DNA of 48,665 nucleotides, from positions 1 through 48,665 of the forward strand of contig JBBAPZ010000022.1 of assembly GCA_040400605.1 (NCBI GenBank), read 5' to 3'. Shown piece after piece: positions 9,123 to 19,874 of this stretch. The DNA is from Candidatus Sericytochromatia bacterium. GTDB lineage: Bacteria; Cyanobacteriota; Sericytochromatia; S15B-MN24; JAQBPE01. The first letter of the stretch is position 1; each line of letters begins with the position of its first letter. Both the position numbers and the translations under genes were made by a program. The notes below the pieces were generated by a model, which saw nothing but the letters and a program-made list of their open reading frames with translations, had not been told where the DNA came from and did not search any database.

Positions 9123-9517
9123 GGTGGAGATGGCGAGAATTGAACTCGCGTCCCGAAAGCAAACCATAGCAGCATCTACGTGTGTAGCCTGGGAATTGGT
9201 TAACGGTTGAGCACCCTCCTCGGCGCAGGAACCCCACCGCGAGTTGCCTGAGTCTTAACCCGCTTTCCGACAACGTGTCAGCGAGAGCATCCGGCTTGAG
9301 TTGCCGATAAATCTAACCGGAGCAGACTTACCGGAAACCGATTCGTTTAGGTCAGAACCTACGCTGCCAAAGCAACGCGGTTGGACTTGAGCGAAACGGC
9401 TGTCAGGAAGCTAGGCTTCTTGGCATTTGTTTTTTTGCCGCTGGTTTAACGAGTAACGTCGGCATCCTCGACACGCAGCCCCTACCATCGACTCCCGGTC
9501 AAAACCGTGACATCCCC
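9123..9517 (-). ncRNA. ssrA: tmRNA (one-piece); tag ORF 9424..9359 = (A)AKKPSFLTAVSLKSNRVALAA*
   Basis: 5' GGGGATG pairs with 3' CATCTCC-A-CC (G3:U alanine identity pair); T-arm GCGAG-TTCAATT-CTCGC; resume context ACAAAT-GCC; tag ends ALAA-stop. Confidence 0.96.
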
Positions 9518-9534
9518 GTGTAGTGACAATTTTC

Positions 9535-9563
9535 AGTATGTTAAAAAACCGTGTCGTTGTCAA
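9535..9563 (-). promoter_or_regulatory. Sigma70-type promoter of ssrA
   Basis: TTGACA (9563-9558), 17-nt spacer, CATACT (9540-9535), 17 nt upstream of the mature 5' end. Confidence 0.8.
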
Positions 9564-9599
9564 GATACCAAATTCATCAGCCACCAACCGAATCACAAA

Positions 9600-10286
9600 T
9601 CAAGGCGTTGTGCTATCGCGCCAACCGGTCCTGCGTACCGCCTCAGACGCTGACAATTCCTGCAGCAGCCGCAAGCCTTCAAGCAAGCTATCAGAGCCCG
9701 TCGTGCCGTTCTCACTGCCAACACCTTTCAGAACAGCACGTGCTGGTGTGCGTAAGAAATCACGTATTGACCCACTGTTGTCAGGAACGGTAATCCATCG
9801 CTCGCGCGGGGCCGGTGACAGGGTGACACGCTGCGCATCCACTCGCGCCACGCGTCGCCTGCGAAGCAAATCCCGACGCGTATCAAACTCCTCGACGCGC
9901 ACCCGTTCTTCACCCAGCATGCGCTTGAAACGCCCCCACTCGGCTAGCGGCCGGGCCAAGAGCCAATCACCGAAGCTGCGAACGGATAACAAGCCGTCAC
10001 GGTTGGTATCGTAGCGGGCGATCGCGCTTTCAAGCTCGTTACGCGTGACCAGGTTGTCACGGTTGCGATCCGCCGCGTAAAACAAGTCCCGCATGGTGAA
10101 CGCACCCACTACAATCTCATCCTTGATGCCAAGCAACGCCCGCCACTCCACCCGATACGCCTCATTATCCGTCCGTATCGCATCCAGACCCGCAGGCTTC
10201 ACCAAGTCAATTCGCCCGTTTCGATTGTGGTCGTACAAGGTCATCGCACGCGCCACCACTGACGTCACCAGTTTGGGCGTCCCCAT
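9600..10286 (-). CDS. EF-hand-like calcium-binding hypothetical protein
   Basis: Three DxNxD/NG-type loops: DHNRNGRIDL, DRNRDNLVTRNE, DTNRDGLLS. Confidence 0.7.
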   Translation of the reverse strand: MGTPKLVTSVVARAMTLYDHNRNGRIDLVKPAGLDAIRTDNEAYRVEWRALLGIKDEIVVGAFTMRDLFYAADRNRDNLVTRNELESAIARYDTNRDGLLSVRSFGDWLLARPLAEWGRFKRMLGEERVRVEEFDTRRDLLRRRRVARVDAQRVTLSPAPRERWITVPDNSGSIRDFLRTPARAVLKGVGSENGTTGSDSLLEGLRLLQELSASEAVRRTGWRDSTTP

Positions 10287-10413
10287 TTGCTTAAGCCCCC
10301 TTCGACTGAATCAAAAAACCACGCAGTGTGTAACTTATCCTGATTTTGGGCCTGGGGTTGCTGATTTTTCGAAAATTGTTTGACATGACCATGTCAACGA
10401 TTGTGAGGTAACG

Positions 10414-10809
10414 ATGAACACGGCACGGCATTGGGGAATGGGTTGCATCAACATCGCGATCGCCATCGCCTGTGGGGCCTTTGGCGCACACGCACTCAAG
10501 GCCCGGGTACACTCAGGCACCATGCCACAAGCCTGGCTTGAAGTTTGGCACACCGCCGCCCAGTATCACCTCTGGCACGGTCTGGCCATTCTGGTCATCC
10601 TGCTGGCGATGCACACGGGTCTATTGCGGCGTCACGTGACGCCACTGTGGGGCTTGTGGATTGGAACCGCTTTATTCAGTGGCAGTCTATATGCGTTGGT
10701 GTTAAGCGGGGTATCCGGTCTGGGGGTGATCACACCATTGGGGGGCACGGTGTGGATTCTGACGTGGGTGTATCTGGGCTTGATGCCATGGTTGCCGCCG
10801 GCTGAGTGA
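10414..10809 (+). CDS. DUF423 (YgdD/TMEM256) family membrane protein
   Basis: GAFGAHALK, TAAQYHLWH, LFSGSLY and ITPLGG motifs. Confidence 0.9.
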   Translation: MNTARHWGMGCINIAIAIACGAFGAHALKARVHSGTMPQAWLEVWHTAAQYHLWHGLAILVILLAMHTGLLRRHVTPLWGLWIGTALFSGSLYALVLSGVSGLGVITPLGGTVWILTWVYLGLMPWLPPAE

Positions 10810-11479
10810 CGTGGGGCTTCCAATACCACGTTCCGAGCCAGAACAGCAGAAGCAAGGCGGCACCGAGTAACACGAGTGACCACGAGGCGACGTGGGCACC
10901 GTGCCCCATCCAGGAATAGGCGGCGGCGCCTGGGCAGACGCCGATCAGCGTCCCCCAAAAATAGTGGTTGAAAGAGACTCGGGTGAGGCCCGCACTGTAA
11001 TTGACGACATTGAATGGAATAAAAGGCGTGAGTCGCAGGAGCACGGTTGCGCGAAAGCCTTGGGTGGCCAGGAGTTGATCCAAGGTCTTCAGGCGATCGC
11101 CCCGAATCGCCTCAAAATAGCCTTGTCCAAGCCAACGGCTGAGCCCGAAGCACAAGCAGGCGCCCAGCGTCGCGGACACGATGTTGATGAGCGTTCCCCA
11201 GTAAGGTCCAAAGAGCATCCCACCGACAAAGGTGACCGGCGCAGCAGGCACTGCCAAAATGATGGTGATGATTTTGAACACCCCAAAAGCCACAGGCATC
11301 CAGGGGCCCCACGTCTGGAGATTTTGCACCAAAATGACTTCCGCACCCGGTTTAAGCCAACCCAGATGCCAGCTCAACGCACCGGGCAAAAGCATAAAGA
11401 GCAAAAAGAAGCTGGTGAACCGGATCAAGCCACGCACGGATGCACGTGGCTTGCCGGATGATTGTGGCTGAGTTGACAT
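10730..11479 (-). CDS. TVP38/TMEM64 (DedA/VTT-domain) membrane protein
   Basis: GGMLFGPYWGT, LLRLTPFIPFNVVNYSAG, GTLIGVCPG. Start set to ATG 11479. Confidence 0.88.
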   Translation of the reverse strand: MSTQPQSSGKPRASVRGLIRFTSFFLLFMLLPGALSWHLGWLKPGAEVILVQNLQTWGPWMPVAFGVFKIITIILAVPAAPVTFVGGMLFGPYWGTLINIVSATLGACLCFGLSRWLGQGYFEAIRGDRLKTLDQLLATQGFRATVLLRLTPFIPFNVVNYSAGLTRVSFNHYFWGTLIGVCPGAAAYSWMGHGAHVASWSLVLLGAALLLLFWLGTWYWKPHVTQPAATMASSPDTPTSESTPCPPMV

Positions 11480-11538
11480 GGCACCATCATGGAACAACTG
11501 CGATTGATTCGTGAATGGGCAATCGCCAAAGTCCGCGC

Positions 11539-11877
11539 TCACGCATCCGGCAAACTGAGACTGGAACGCGCGCTTGGTCCCTGCGGGGTATTCAGTTGCA
11601 CAGCATCACCCGCCTGCGAAACGACCCGAACGAGATCACCCAATTTGACACCCGACGATTGCGCGCCGTTTGGTGCATGACCCTGAAACACGCGCACGGT
11701 GACAAGGTTTTCCTGAACCTCAGGCAAGACGATCAAACAATCCGCGTCAAGCTCTTGTTCCAGACGCGCCACTTTATCGATGAAGGCCAGCGCCTTCTCT
11801 TTGGTTTCAGGGGCACCAATCTCAAAGGATTCCGCAATCAGAACACCCGCCTCTGCCTTAGGGTCGGACGACATCAT
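11539..11877 (-). CDS. Hypothetical protein
   Basis: AAGGAG RBS before GTG/ATG; protein-like composition; co-oriented gene run. Confidence 0.6.
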   Translation of the reverse strand: MMSSDPKAEAGVLIAESFEIGAPETKEKALAFIDKVARLEQELDADCLIVLPEVQENLVTVRVFQGHAPNGAQSSGVKLGDLVRVVSQAGDAVQLNTPQGPSARSSLSLPDA

Positions 11878-11910
11878 CACTCCTTGTTTTACAAACAATG
11901 TCTGACAGGA

Positions 11911-12372
11911 TTACGTCAGTACACCCAAACCACCCAAAAGCAGTGCCAGTCCGCTGACGACCGAGGTCACTTTTTGCACATCCTGTGACATCGGCGCAGC
12001 CGGCATCGTGTTCGGATACACGCCATACCCACCGGGTGTAAAACTCGGCTGCCCAATAAACGGCGTGTTGTAGTTGTAATGGGGATTCGGCGCAAACTGC
12101 CAGTTACCGGGTACATCGCGACCCAAGATGTAGGCACCCGGGGTTGACGGACTGTTTTGCCCCCAGTAGCGGCCAAAAGCTGCGGCAGACTGATCCCCAA
12201 GCCCCCACGGCCTGTGATCATATGCCGCTGGCTGCCAAAGGCCGCTGGTCATCGTCGGTGCGCCGAAATTGCCACCCCAACCAAATTGGTTGACGGGCGC
12301 CGCAAATGTCGACCCCCCAATCGGCGGACGAGCACCAAACAGTTCGCCCATAACCCGCTGGAATCCGCCCAT
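11911..12372 (-). CDS. Gly/Pro/aromatic-rich low-complexity protein with C-terminal membrane anchor
   Basis: GAAGGGG RBS; C-terminal VVSGLALLLGGLGVLT. Confidence 0.6.
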   Translation of the reverse strand: MGGFQRVMGELFGARPPIGGSTFAAPVNQFGWGGNFGAPTMTSGLWQPAAYDHRPWGLGDQSAAAFGRYWGQNSPSTPGAYILGRDVPGNWQFAPNPHYNYNTPFIGQPSFTPGGYGVYPNTMPAAPMSQDVQKVTSVVSGLALLLGGLGVLT

Positions 12373-12546
12373 GCACATCCCCTTCCGAACAAAATGCCAC
12401 CCCACCCAACGGCTGGCCATCCATTATTGCCAATCACCGCTACCCCATGCATACCCCGATCAATCGTTTTTATCCCGTCGGCATCGACCCAACAGGTGCG
12501 CGTTAGCCATCTACTTGGCCTTGCCTTGCACTCACCCATTGCTGCA

Positions 12547-12981
12547 CTAAAGCAGCATCAGTGAACCGGCGATGATGAACGCTGCACCGATTAAGTGCTT
12601 GAGTTGCAGTGTCTCACCAAGGCACAAATAGCCCAAAACCATTGTCACCAAGGGCGATGCACCAAACAGAAAAGGGAAAATCCGGGAAACATCGGCGTCT
12701 TTGAGCAGGTTGTAATAGCAGTACTGCGCCAACAGAAGCGACACGACGCCACTGGCGGCAAAACACAACACTGCAAACAGATTGAAATCCGCTCGCCACC
12801 GGGTCGGATCATGAAAGATCCAGACCAACGGGGCACTTAAGAGTGCCACGCTCGTCGCGCGAATCGCGATGCCAACCAACGGCGCAACCCCTGGCTGCGA
12901 CAAAGCGAGCTTATCCAGAATCGGTATCGTACCCCAGAGCAGAATCGTTGCGATCGTCCAAAACCCGGTACCAGCCGTCAT
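12547..12981 (-). CDS. EamA/DMT family transporter (single EamA domain)
   Basis: AGGAG RBS; 4-5 TM segments; LCLGETL...IGAAFIIAG. Confidence 0.85.
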   Translation of the reverse strand: MTAGTGFWTIATILLWGTIPILDKLALSQPGVAPLVGIAIRATSVALLSAPLVWIFHDPTRWRADFNLFAVLCFAASGVVSLLLAQYCYYNLLKDADVSRIFPFLFGASPLVTMVLGYLCLGETLQLKHLIGAAFIIAGSLMLL

Positions 12982-13049
12982 ACGCCTGTTCTACGCTCCT
13001 GTCAGGGTTAAGCAATTTGTGGAAGACCGATCAACGGTACCATGAAAAA

Positions 13050-13686
13050 TCACGGGCGGGGCGACGGGCTGACAGACACAATCCCCGCGGCATCCGGAAC
13101 CGGGGCGATCGCCGCAGGACTTCCGACAACCCCGGAGACAGGCATTGTCGACTCCCTTGGTGTGCCAAACTCAACGACGCGGATGCAATGATTGCCTTGA
13201 TCCGCTACAAACAGCCGCCCATCCGCAGCCAGACACAAATCACTTGGCGCGTTCAAGCGCGCATCCGCACCCGGTCCGGATACCTCTCCCGCAGTGGCGC
13301 CCACCAACGTGCCCACTGCACCGTCTGGCGCAAATCTGACCACCCGCCGATCCTGGCCGTCCGTAAAATAAAGGTGCCCCTGTGGAACACTCACCATGCC
13401 CATCGCATCAAGGGATCACCAAAGGACGAGCCGCCGCCCCCGCAAAAGCCATAAGCGCCGCAGGTGGTTGCGTCCAAGGCGCTTGGCTCACCTGCTCAAC
13501 CGGCGCCCCAGCCACCACGGACGACAAAACACTGGGCGTCGGACTCGGACGCGCTGAGTCCGCGATCGCATTGCCACCACGCTTGGCAGATACCGCCCTT
13601 GCAGTCCCCCCAACAGTTGCACTGCAAGCCGAAACCACACACCAAGCGACCATTACACCGAAAAAACAACGGGATCGCGCGCTCAA
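13050..13686 (-). pseudogene. NHL-repeat lipoprotein split by a frameshift (ORFs 13408..13686 and 13050..13403)
   Basis: Lipobox VSAC in the 5' ORF; NHL repeats (GHLYFTDG, ARLNAPSDL...GRLFVADQGNHCIRVV) in the 3' ORF. Deleting one C of CCC at 13412-13414 fuses them in frame. Confidence 0.6.
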
Positions 13687-13979
13687 ATGATTCGCTCCTC
13701 CATGGCCTTATCGTTCCCGGAAGCGGTTCAAGACAAACAAGAAACCAACAAGGGGTAATCATCAATTTCGCTGAACCGAGCAGCGTACCGCGACAGCAAC
13801 TAACGAAGGATAAACCAAACGATGCCGCCACCCGCCGCGGAATGTTACTGACAATTAACAATCCACCAGCAAAATTGGCGGATGGCAACACGGGTACCCG
13901 TTGTGTCCGTCAGAAAAAAGACCCCGCTCACAACCGTTCAAGCGTTGCGAAGGCGAGGGCTCATCGCACGCGAGATACC

Positions 13980-14094
13980 GTGACGCATCGGTGTCGATTC
14001 AAAATCTATATCGCACACTCAAAAAACATCGGGTCCTCACGCGCCGTTATGCAACCGCAGCGAAAACCTGACCACCAAGCAACCCGTTTCCGTA
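13980..14094 (+). repeat. Short form of the degenerate palindromic intergenic repeat
   Basis: GTGACGCATCGGT...CAAAA(14000)...GACCACCAAGCAACCCGTTTCCGTA; spacing matches the 23787 copy. Confidence 0.6.
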
Positions 14095-14127
14095 TAAAAA
14101 AGTAAGTGGGTGCGCACACCCACTTAC
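14095..14127 (-). terminator. Rho-independent terminator of the eno-pyk operon
   Basis: Perfect 11-bp stem GTAAGTGGGTG / CACCCACTTAC with a 4-nt loop, followed by a T-run on the minus strand. Confidence 0.85.
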
Positions 14128-14163
14128 CGTGAAAACAAGCGCTAGACCAAGCTGTATACGGCG

Positions 14164-15909
14164 TTAGACCTGGGCCCTGCCGTTGTAGACGATGCCACGC
14201 GCCGGATCAAGCGTGACCAGTTCACCATCGGGAAGGTCGGCCCAGTTGCTGAATTCCAACAACAAAGGAATACCCAACTGCAAACACACAATCGCCGCGT
14301 GCGAAGTGAGACCGCCCGCTTCAACCACGACACCCGCGGCACGCCGCATCGCCGGTACGAAGTCTTTGGTGGTTTCCGGTGCGACCAGAATATCCCCTGG
14401 CTGGATTTTCGCCTCGGCCTCGGCAGCGGAGTGCACCAGGCGCGCGACACCGCAAATGGATCGCTTGCCAAGTCCTTGACCCCGCCCGAGAATCGTGTTC
14501 GCTACCTCAACCTTGATAAAGTTGGTGTTGCCGGGTACCCCCACAGGCGAGCCCGCCGTCACCACCACAATATCGCCATCACCGACAAAGCCCTCGCGTT
14601 GCGCATCCGTCATCGCTGCCGCAATCAACTCCTCATCAGAAGAAGCACGTGGCATCACCCGGGGCACAACACCCCACACCATCGTCATTTGTCGACACGT
14701 TTCATGCTCCATCGTCAAAGCATAAATCGGACAACGCGGCCGATGCCGACTGACCAGACGCGCGGAAAGCCCCGTGGCCGTGGCACAGATGATGGTCGCA
14801 GCACGCAACTTGTCCGCCAACTGAGCTGTCGCCAAGCTAATCGCATCACCCACCGGCGCATTGTCCGCCAGGTTGCGATTGTCGCGCGGCTTGCTCATGA
14901 TCGACGCTTCCGCCTTCAGCACGAGACGCACCATGGTTTGCACCGCCTCCAAGGGATACTGCCCAGCGGCTGTTTCGTTCGACAACATGACCGCATCACT
15001 GCCGTCAAAAATGGCATTGGCAACATCACTGGCCTCCGCACGGGTCGGACGCGGGTTGTGGATCATCGAATCCAGCATCTGTGTCGCCGTAATGACCGGC
15101 TTACCCACCGCATTGCAGTGAGCAATGATGAGTTTTTGTGCGAGCGGCACTTCTTCGGGCGTCGTCTCAACCCCAAGGTCACCACGCGCCACCATGATGC
15201 CATCCGAAACAGCCGCGATGTCAGCGATCGCTTCCACCGCATCCCGCCGTTCAATCTTGGCATACACATGGGCCCGGGAACCCCGATGGGCCAAAAAGTC
15301 CCGCACCTTCAACATATCCGCCGCCTCTTGGACGAACGAAACTGCCACGTAATCCACCTTGTGCTGGATGCCAAACAACAAATCCTCACGGTCCTTGTCC
15401 GTCAAGACTTCGACATCCATCTTGATCGATGGAAAGTTAACCCCCTTGTTGGGCCGCAAAGGCCCGCCAACCACCACCTCACAATGCAAACCTTCAGGCG
15501 TCGGCCGGGTCACTTTCAACTCGAGCAAACCGTCATCCATCAAAATTATCGCACCGACCGGGACATCTTTTTCCAGATTGTCGTAGGAGACACTCGCACC
15601 CGTCTCATCCGCCTCGCGCGGCGCACTTTGCAGAAAAAAGGACGTCCCGGGCTTCAGGATCACTTCACCGCCTTTGACCGACCCAATGCGGATCTTCGGC
15701 CCCTGTATATCCTGCAATATACCAATCACCCGCTGTTCTTCGTCAGCGATCGCACGAATGTTCTGAATGCGGGTGGCATGATCACCATGCGTCCCGTGCG
15801 AAAAATTAAGACGGAACACATCCACGCCCGCACGGATCAATTGCCGAATCATCTCAGGACTCGACGAACTGGGTCCCAGTGTCGCAACAATTTTTGCCCG
15901 TTTCATCAT
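14164..15909 (-). CDS. pyk: Pyruvate kinase with C-terminal PEP-utilising mobile domain
   Basis: KIVATLGP, RLNFSHG, AKIE, MVARGDLGVE, TATQMLDSM; C-terminal GGLTSHAAIV. Alternative start at 15954. Confidence 0.97.
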   Translation of the reverse strand: MMKRAKIVATLGPSSSSPEMIRQLIRAGVDVFRLNFSHGTHGDHATRIQNIRAIADEEQRVIGILQDIQGPKIRIGSVKGGEVILKPGTSFFLQSAPREADETGASVSYDNLEKDVPVGAIILMDDGLLELKVTRPTPEGLHCEVVVGGPLRPNKGVNFPSIKMDVEVLTDKDREDLLFGIQHKVDYVAVSFVQEAADMLKVRDFLAHRGSRAHVYAKIERRDAVEAIADIAAVSDGIMVARGDLGVETTPEEVPLAQKLIIAHCNAVGKPVITATQMLDSMIHNPRPTRAEASDVANAIFDGSDAVMLSNETAAGQYPLEAVQTMVRLVLKAEASIMSKPRDNRNLADNAPVGDAISLATAQLADKLRAATIICATATGLSARLVSRHRPRCPIYALTMEHETCRQMTMVWGVVPRVMPRASSDEELIAAAMTDAQREGFVGDGDIVVVTAGSPVGVPGNTNFIKVEVANTILGRGQGLGKRSICGVARLVHSAAEAEAKIQPGDILVAPETTKDFVPAMRRAAGVVVEAGGLTSHAAIVCLQLGIPLLLEFSNWADLPDGELVTLDPARGIVYNGRAQV

Positions 15910-15946
15910 GCCACGCTCCACAGCCAACTCGGGTATCAAGACCGCT

Positions 15947-17260
<1,314 letters not shown>

Positions 17261-17309
17261 TCACTCCTCTCACACAGCGTCGTCAATCAAGACACGCCTC
17301 AGTCGCCAT

Positions 17310-17645
17310 TCAGACGGCTTCATTGCCATCATCCGTCCCACTGGCCAATGCCTGCCCGTCCCCCACATTTCCCTCCGAAACACCGGTTTTGAGCAGCGTT
17401 TGACGAATCACCCGATACAACTCACTGGCTAAAGCAGCAGGGACAGGGCCCATCGGCACCGCAACAATTTCGATTTCCAATAACCGCGAACCAAAACGCA
17501 AGGATAACTGATCCCCAACCGCCACCGTCGTGGCGGCCTTGGCCGTTCGCCCATTGATGACGACCCGCCCTTGATCACAAATCTCATTTGCAACCGTACG
17601 GCGTTTGATGACGCGCGCAATTTTCAACCACTTATCGAGACGCAC
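17310..17645 (-). CDS. S4-domain RNA-binding protein (YabO/RqcP/Hsp15-like)
   Basis: MRLDKWLKIARVIKRRTVANEICDQGRVVING. Confidence 0.9.
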   Translation of the reverse strand: MRLDKWLKIARVIKRRTVANEICDQGRVVINGRTAKAATTVAVGDQLSLRFGSRLLEIEIVAVPMGPVPAALASELYRVIRQTLLKTGVSEGNVGDGQALASGTDDGNEAV

Positions 17646-17782
17646 ACCAACAACCCATTATTACCTGCACATCAAACATGGCGGCATCATACCATACTCG
17701 CCTGCCAGGCGCTCAGCGACGGAAATCAACCCCACCGCTTTCGTGGACAAGCCGGAATCAGGGCCAACGACCGCTCGCGCAT

Positions 17783-18694
17783 TCAGGCGTCGGGCTGCAG
17801 CGGCGGCAGCGATCGCCGCACCCGCTCGTATTCCTCGACAATCTCAGCCACGATCGTGGCAGTGGGTTGAACCGCCTCAATCAACCCCACCGTCTGCCCG
17901 GCACTCCAGACATCCCGCCAACGTTTACCAGCCGACTCCCCAGCTTCCCGCAGGAGCCGATACCGCTCCACGCTGAGTTCGAGAAAATTGGCGGGGTGCC
18001 CCGTCACCTCCGCCGTGTACACGATGTTCTCCGGTCCCGATTCAATGAGCGCGCGTTTGTAATCATCACCAACCGGTGCTTCGGTACTCGCAATGAAACG
18101 GGTTCCCATGTAAGCGGCATCCGCACCGAGCGCAAGTGAAGCAGCCAAGGTCTGTCCATCGGCAATCCCGCCGGCTGCAACGATTGGAATCGAGAGCTTG
18201 CGACGCAGGTAAGGTACCAACACAAACGGGCTGATAACCCCCGCATGCCCCCCTGCACCAGCACCCACCGCGACCAACGCATCCGCACCCGCCTCGGCCG
18301 CCTTTTGCGCGTGGCGCAAGGATACAACATCACAAAATACCCGCACACCCGCAGCCCGTGCACGGACGATTAACTCACTCGGATTGCCCAAACTCGTGAC
18401 AATGAGTGGCACCCGTTCTTCCAGACAAACCGTGAGATCCGCCTCCAAACGCGGGTTCTCCAATAAAATCAGGTTGATGCCGAATGGCACCGCTGCCTCG
18501 CGCAAGGTCCGAATGGCAACACGCAACGCCTCCGTCGAACGACAATTCAACGCGGGCATAACACCCATCATGCCAGCCTCACCCATGGCCTTCAGCATCG
18601 CCACATCGGAAATCAAAAACATCGGCGCGCCAATGATCGGATACCGCAAACCAAACATCCGCGTAACGCTCGTCTCGATCAAACGTGCCCCCAT
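17783..18694 (-). CDS. Nitronate monooxygenase / FabK-like FMN-dependent oxidoreductase
   Basis: YPIIGAPM, GAGAGGHAG, AAGGIADG, MGTRFIAS. Confidence 0.88.
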   Translation of the reverse strand: MGARLIETSVTRMFGLRYPIIGAPMFLISDVAMLKAMGEAGMMGVMPALNCRSTEALRVAIRTLREAAVPFGINLILLENPRLEADLTVCLEERVPLIVTSLGNPSELIVRARAAGVRVFCDVVSLRHAQKAAEAGADALVAVGAGAGGHAGVISPFVLVPYLRRKLSIPIVAAGGIADGQTLAASLALGADAAYMGTRFIASTEAPVGDDYKRALIESGPENIVYTAEVTGHPANFLELSVERYRLLREAGESAGKRWRDVWSAGQTVGLIEAVQPTATIVAEIVEEYERVRRSLPPLQPDA

Positions 18695-18829
18695 CCATTC
18701 ACTGCATCAATCGGATACCCAATTGCAAAAGCTGCCGGTCTCAACCCGTTAACACTGAGCCCCAAACCTGCACAAAGCAGCCATTCGAGCACCAACCCAC
18801 GCGTTACCAAACGACCACCCAGCCAACAC

Positions 18830-19105
18830 TCACGGTTGGGTACCAGCCCCGTCACCTGCCTCTTTGGACGTTTTTATCAACGATTGTTCAGAGCCAGTCT
18901 CCCGTCGCCAAAAGACGGGCCGGCCACGACCCGGTAACGCCCTGCGCCAGCGCGTCAGGGTTTTACGCAAGCGACTGCCATCAAGGGTCTGACGCGCCTT
19001 CGGCAATTGACGCGCCAAGGGCGAAGCCAAAACGCCGAGCACGGCACCAATCACCGTGCCGAGTATCAATGAGCCGGCCAGATAGCCCAAGGGTTTTTTT
19101 GCCAT
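18830..19105 (-). CDS. YtxH-like small membrane-anchored protein
   Basis: N-terminal GSLILGTVIGAVLGVLASP helix followed by a charged tail; downstream of a similar gene. Confidence 0.55.
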   Translation of the reverse strand: MAKKPLGYLAGSLILGTVIGAVLGVLASPLARQLPKARQTLDGSRLRKTLTRWRRALPGRGRPVFWRRETGSEQSLIKTSKEAGDGAGTQP

Positions 19106-19152
19106 CGGGAACGCCCTCTCAAAAACAAGACCCCCAACACCGGATGTCTCAA

Positions 19153-19482
19153 TCAACCTGATTCTTGCTGTTCGCCACTCCGTTGGCGGTAGGTGGCCGC
19201 TTGATCGGCCGCCGCCTTCTGGGCGGCTTCGATCGCCTCATCCAAGCGGGTCATTTGCTCGTCAATCACATCCCGGGTCCGCTCAATCAAATGCTCAGTC
19301 CCGTCACGGACGACATCCACCACTTCGGATGCCTTTTGTCGGGCCTGTGACAAATTGCCCTCCAAACCACTCCGCCAACGTCCACTCAAACTCGGGGCGA
19401 CCCACAAACCAACGGCAAAACCACCGAGGGCCCCGAGCGCAAGTCCTCCCAGGAGCGCCCAACCATTCGAACGATTCTCCAT
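19153..19482 (-). CDS. YtxH domain-containing protein
   Basis: GGAGG RBS; GLALGALGGFAVGLWVAP followed by a coiled-coil. Confidence 0.8.
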   Translation of the reverse strand: MENRSNGWALLGGLALGALGGFAVGLWVAPSLSGRWRSGLEGNLSQARQKASEVVDVVRDGTEHLIERTRDVIDEQMTRLDEAIEAAQKAAADQAATYRQRSGEQQESG

Positions 19483-19751
19483 CGTGGCACCCCTCCCACA
19501 TCACGACGATTTGTCGGCATTGTACCACTTTGCAGCGACCACTGCCCAGCCAAGTGGGCAGTGCCGCAAACACCAGGACTTGTAATACCCTGGCAGCCTT
19601 GCCAAACGTGCCTGTCAAGCGCATGGCAAGGGCACATCATGCGCTGCCGTGGCACAGCTTGTGCTCCTCAAAACAGTCCGGTCCGGGCCACGTGCAGGCG
19701 GCACCCGACATTTTTCGCATTCAGGACCAGGCCCCCTTGGCGATGGCAGGG

Positions 19752-19760
19752 TGTTATAAT
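19752..19760 (+). promoter_or_regulatory. Extended -10 promoter element
   Basis: TG-T-TATAAT about 115 nt upstream of the 19875 gene. Confidence 0.5.
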
Positions 19761-19874
19761 CAACAGACGGCTTGTAGCGCAAGAATTCCGGATGAGCCTT
19801 TTAGGCTCGCCTCACGCTCGCCCGCTCCTAGGTGAAGCACTGACCGACTGATTGATTATTGCCTGAGGAATCGC

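Noticed and set aside
8914..9273. 119-aa ORF
   Set aside because: Overlaps the tmRNA 3' half and its terminator.
10730..10809. 80-nt convergent overlap between the DUF423 and TVP38 genes as a regulatory feature
   Set aside because: The TVP38 tail in the overlap looks like a non-conserved run-on; such overlaps are common.
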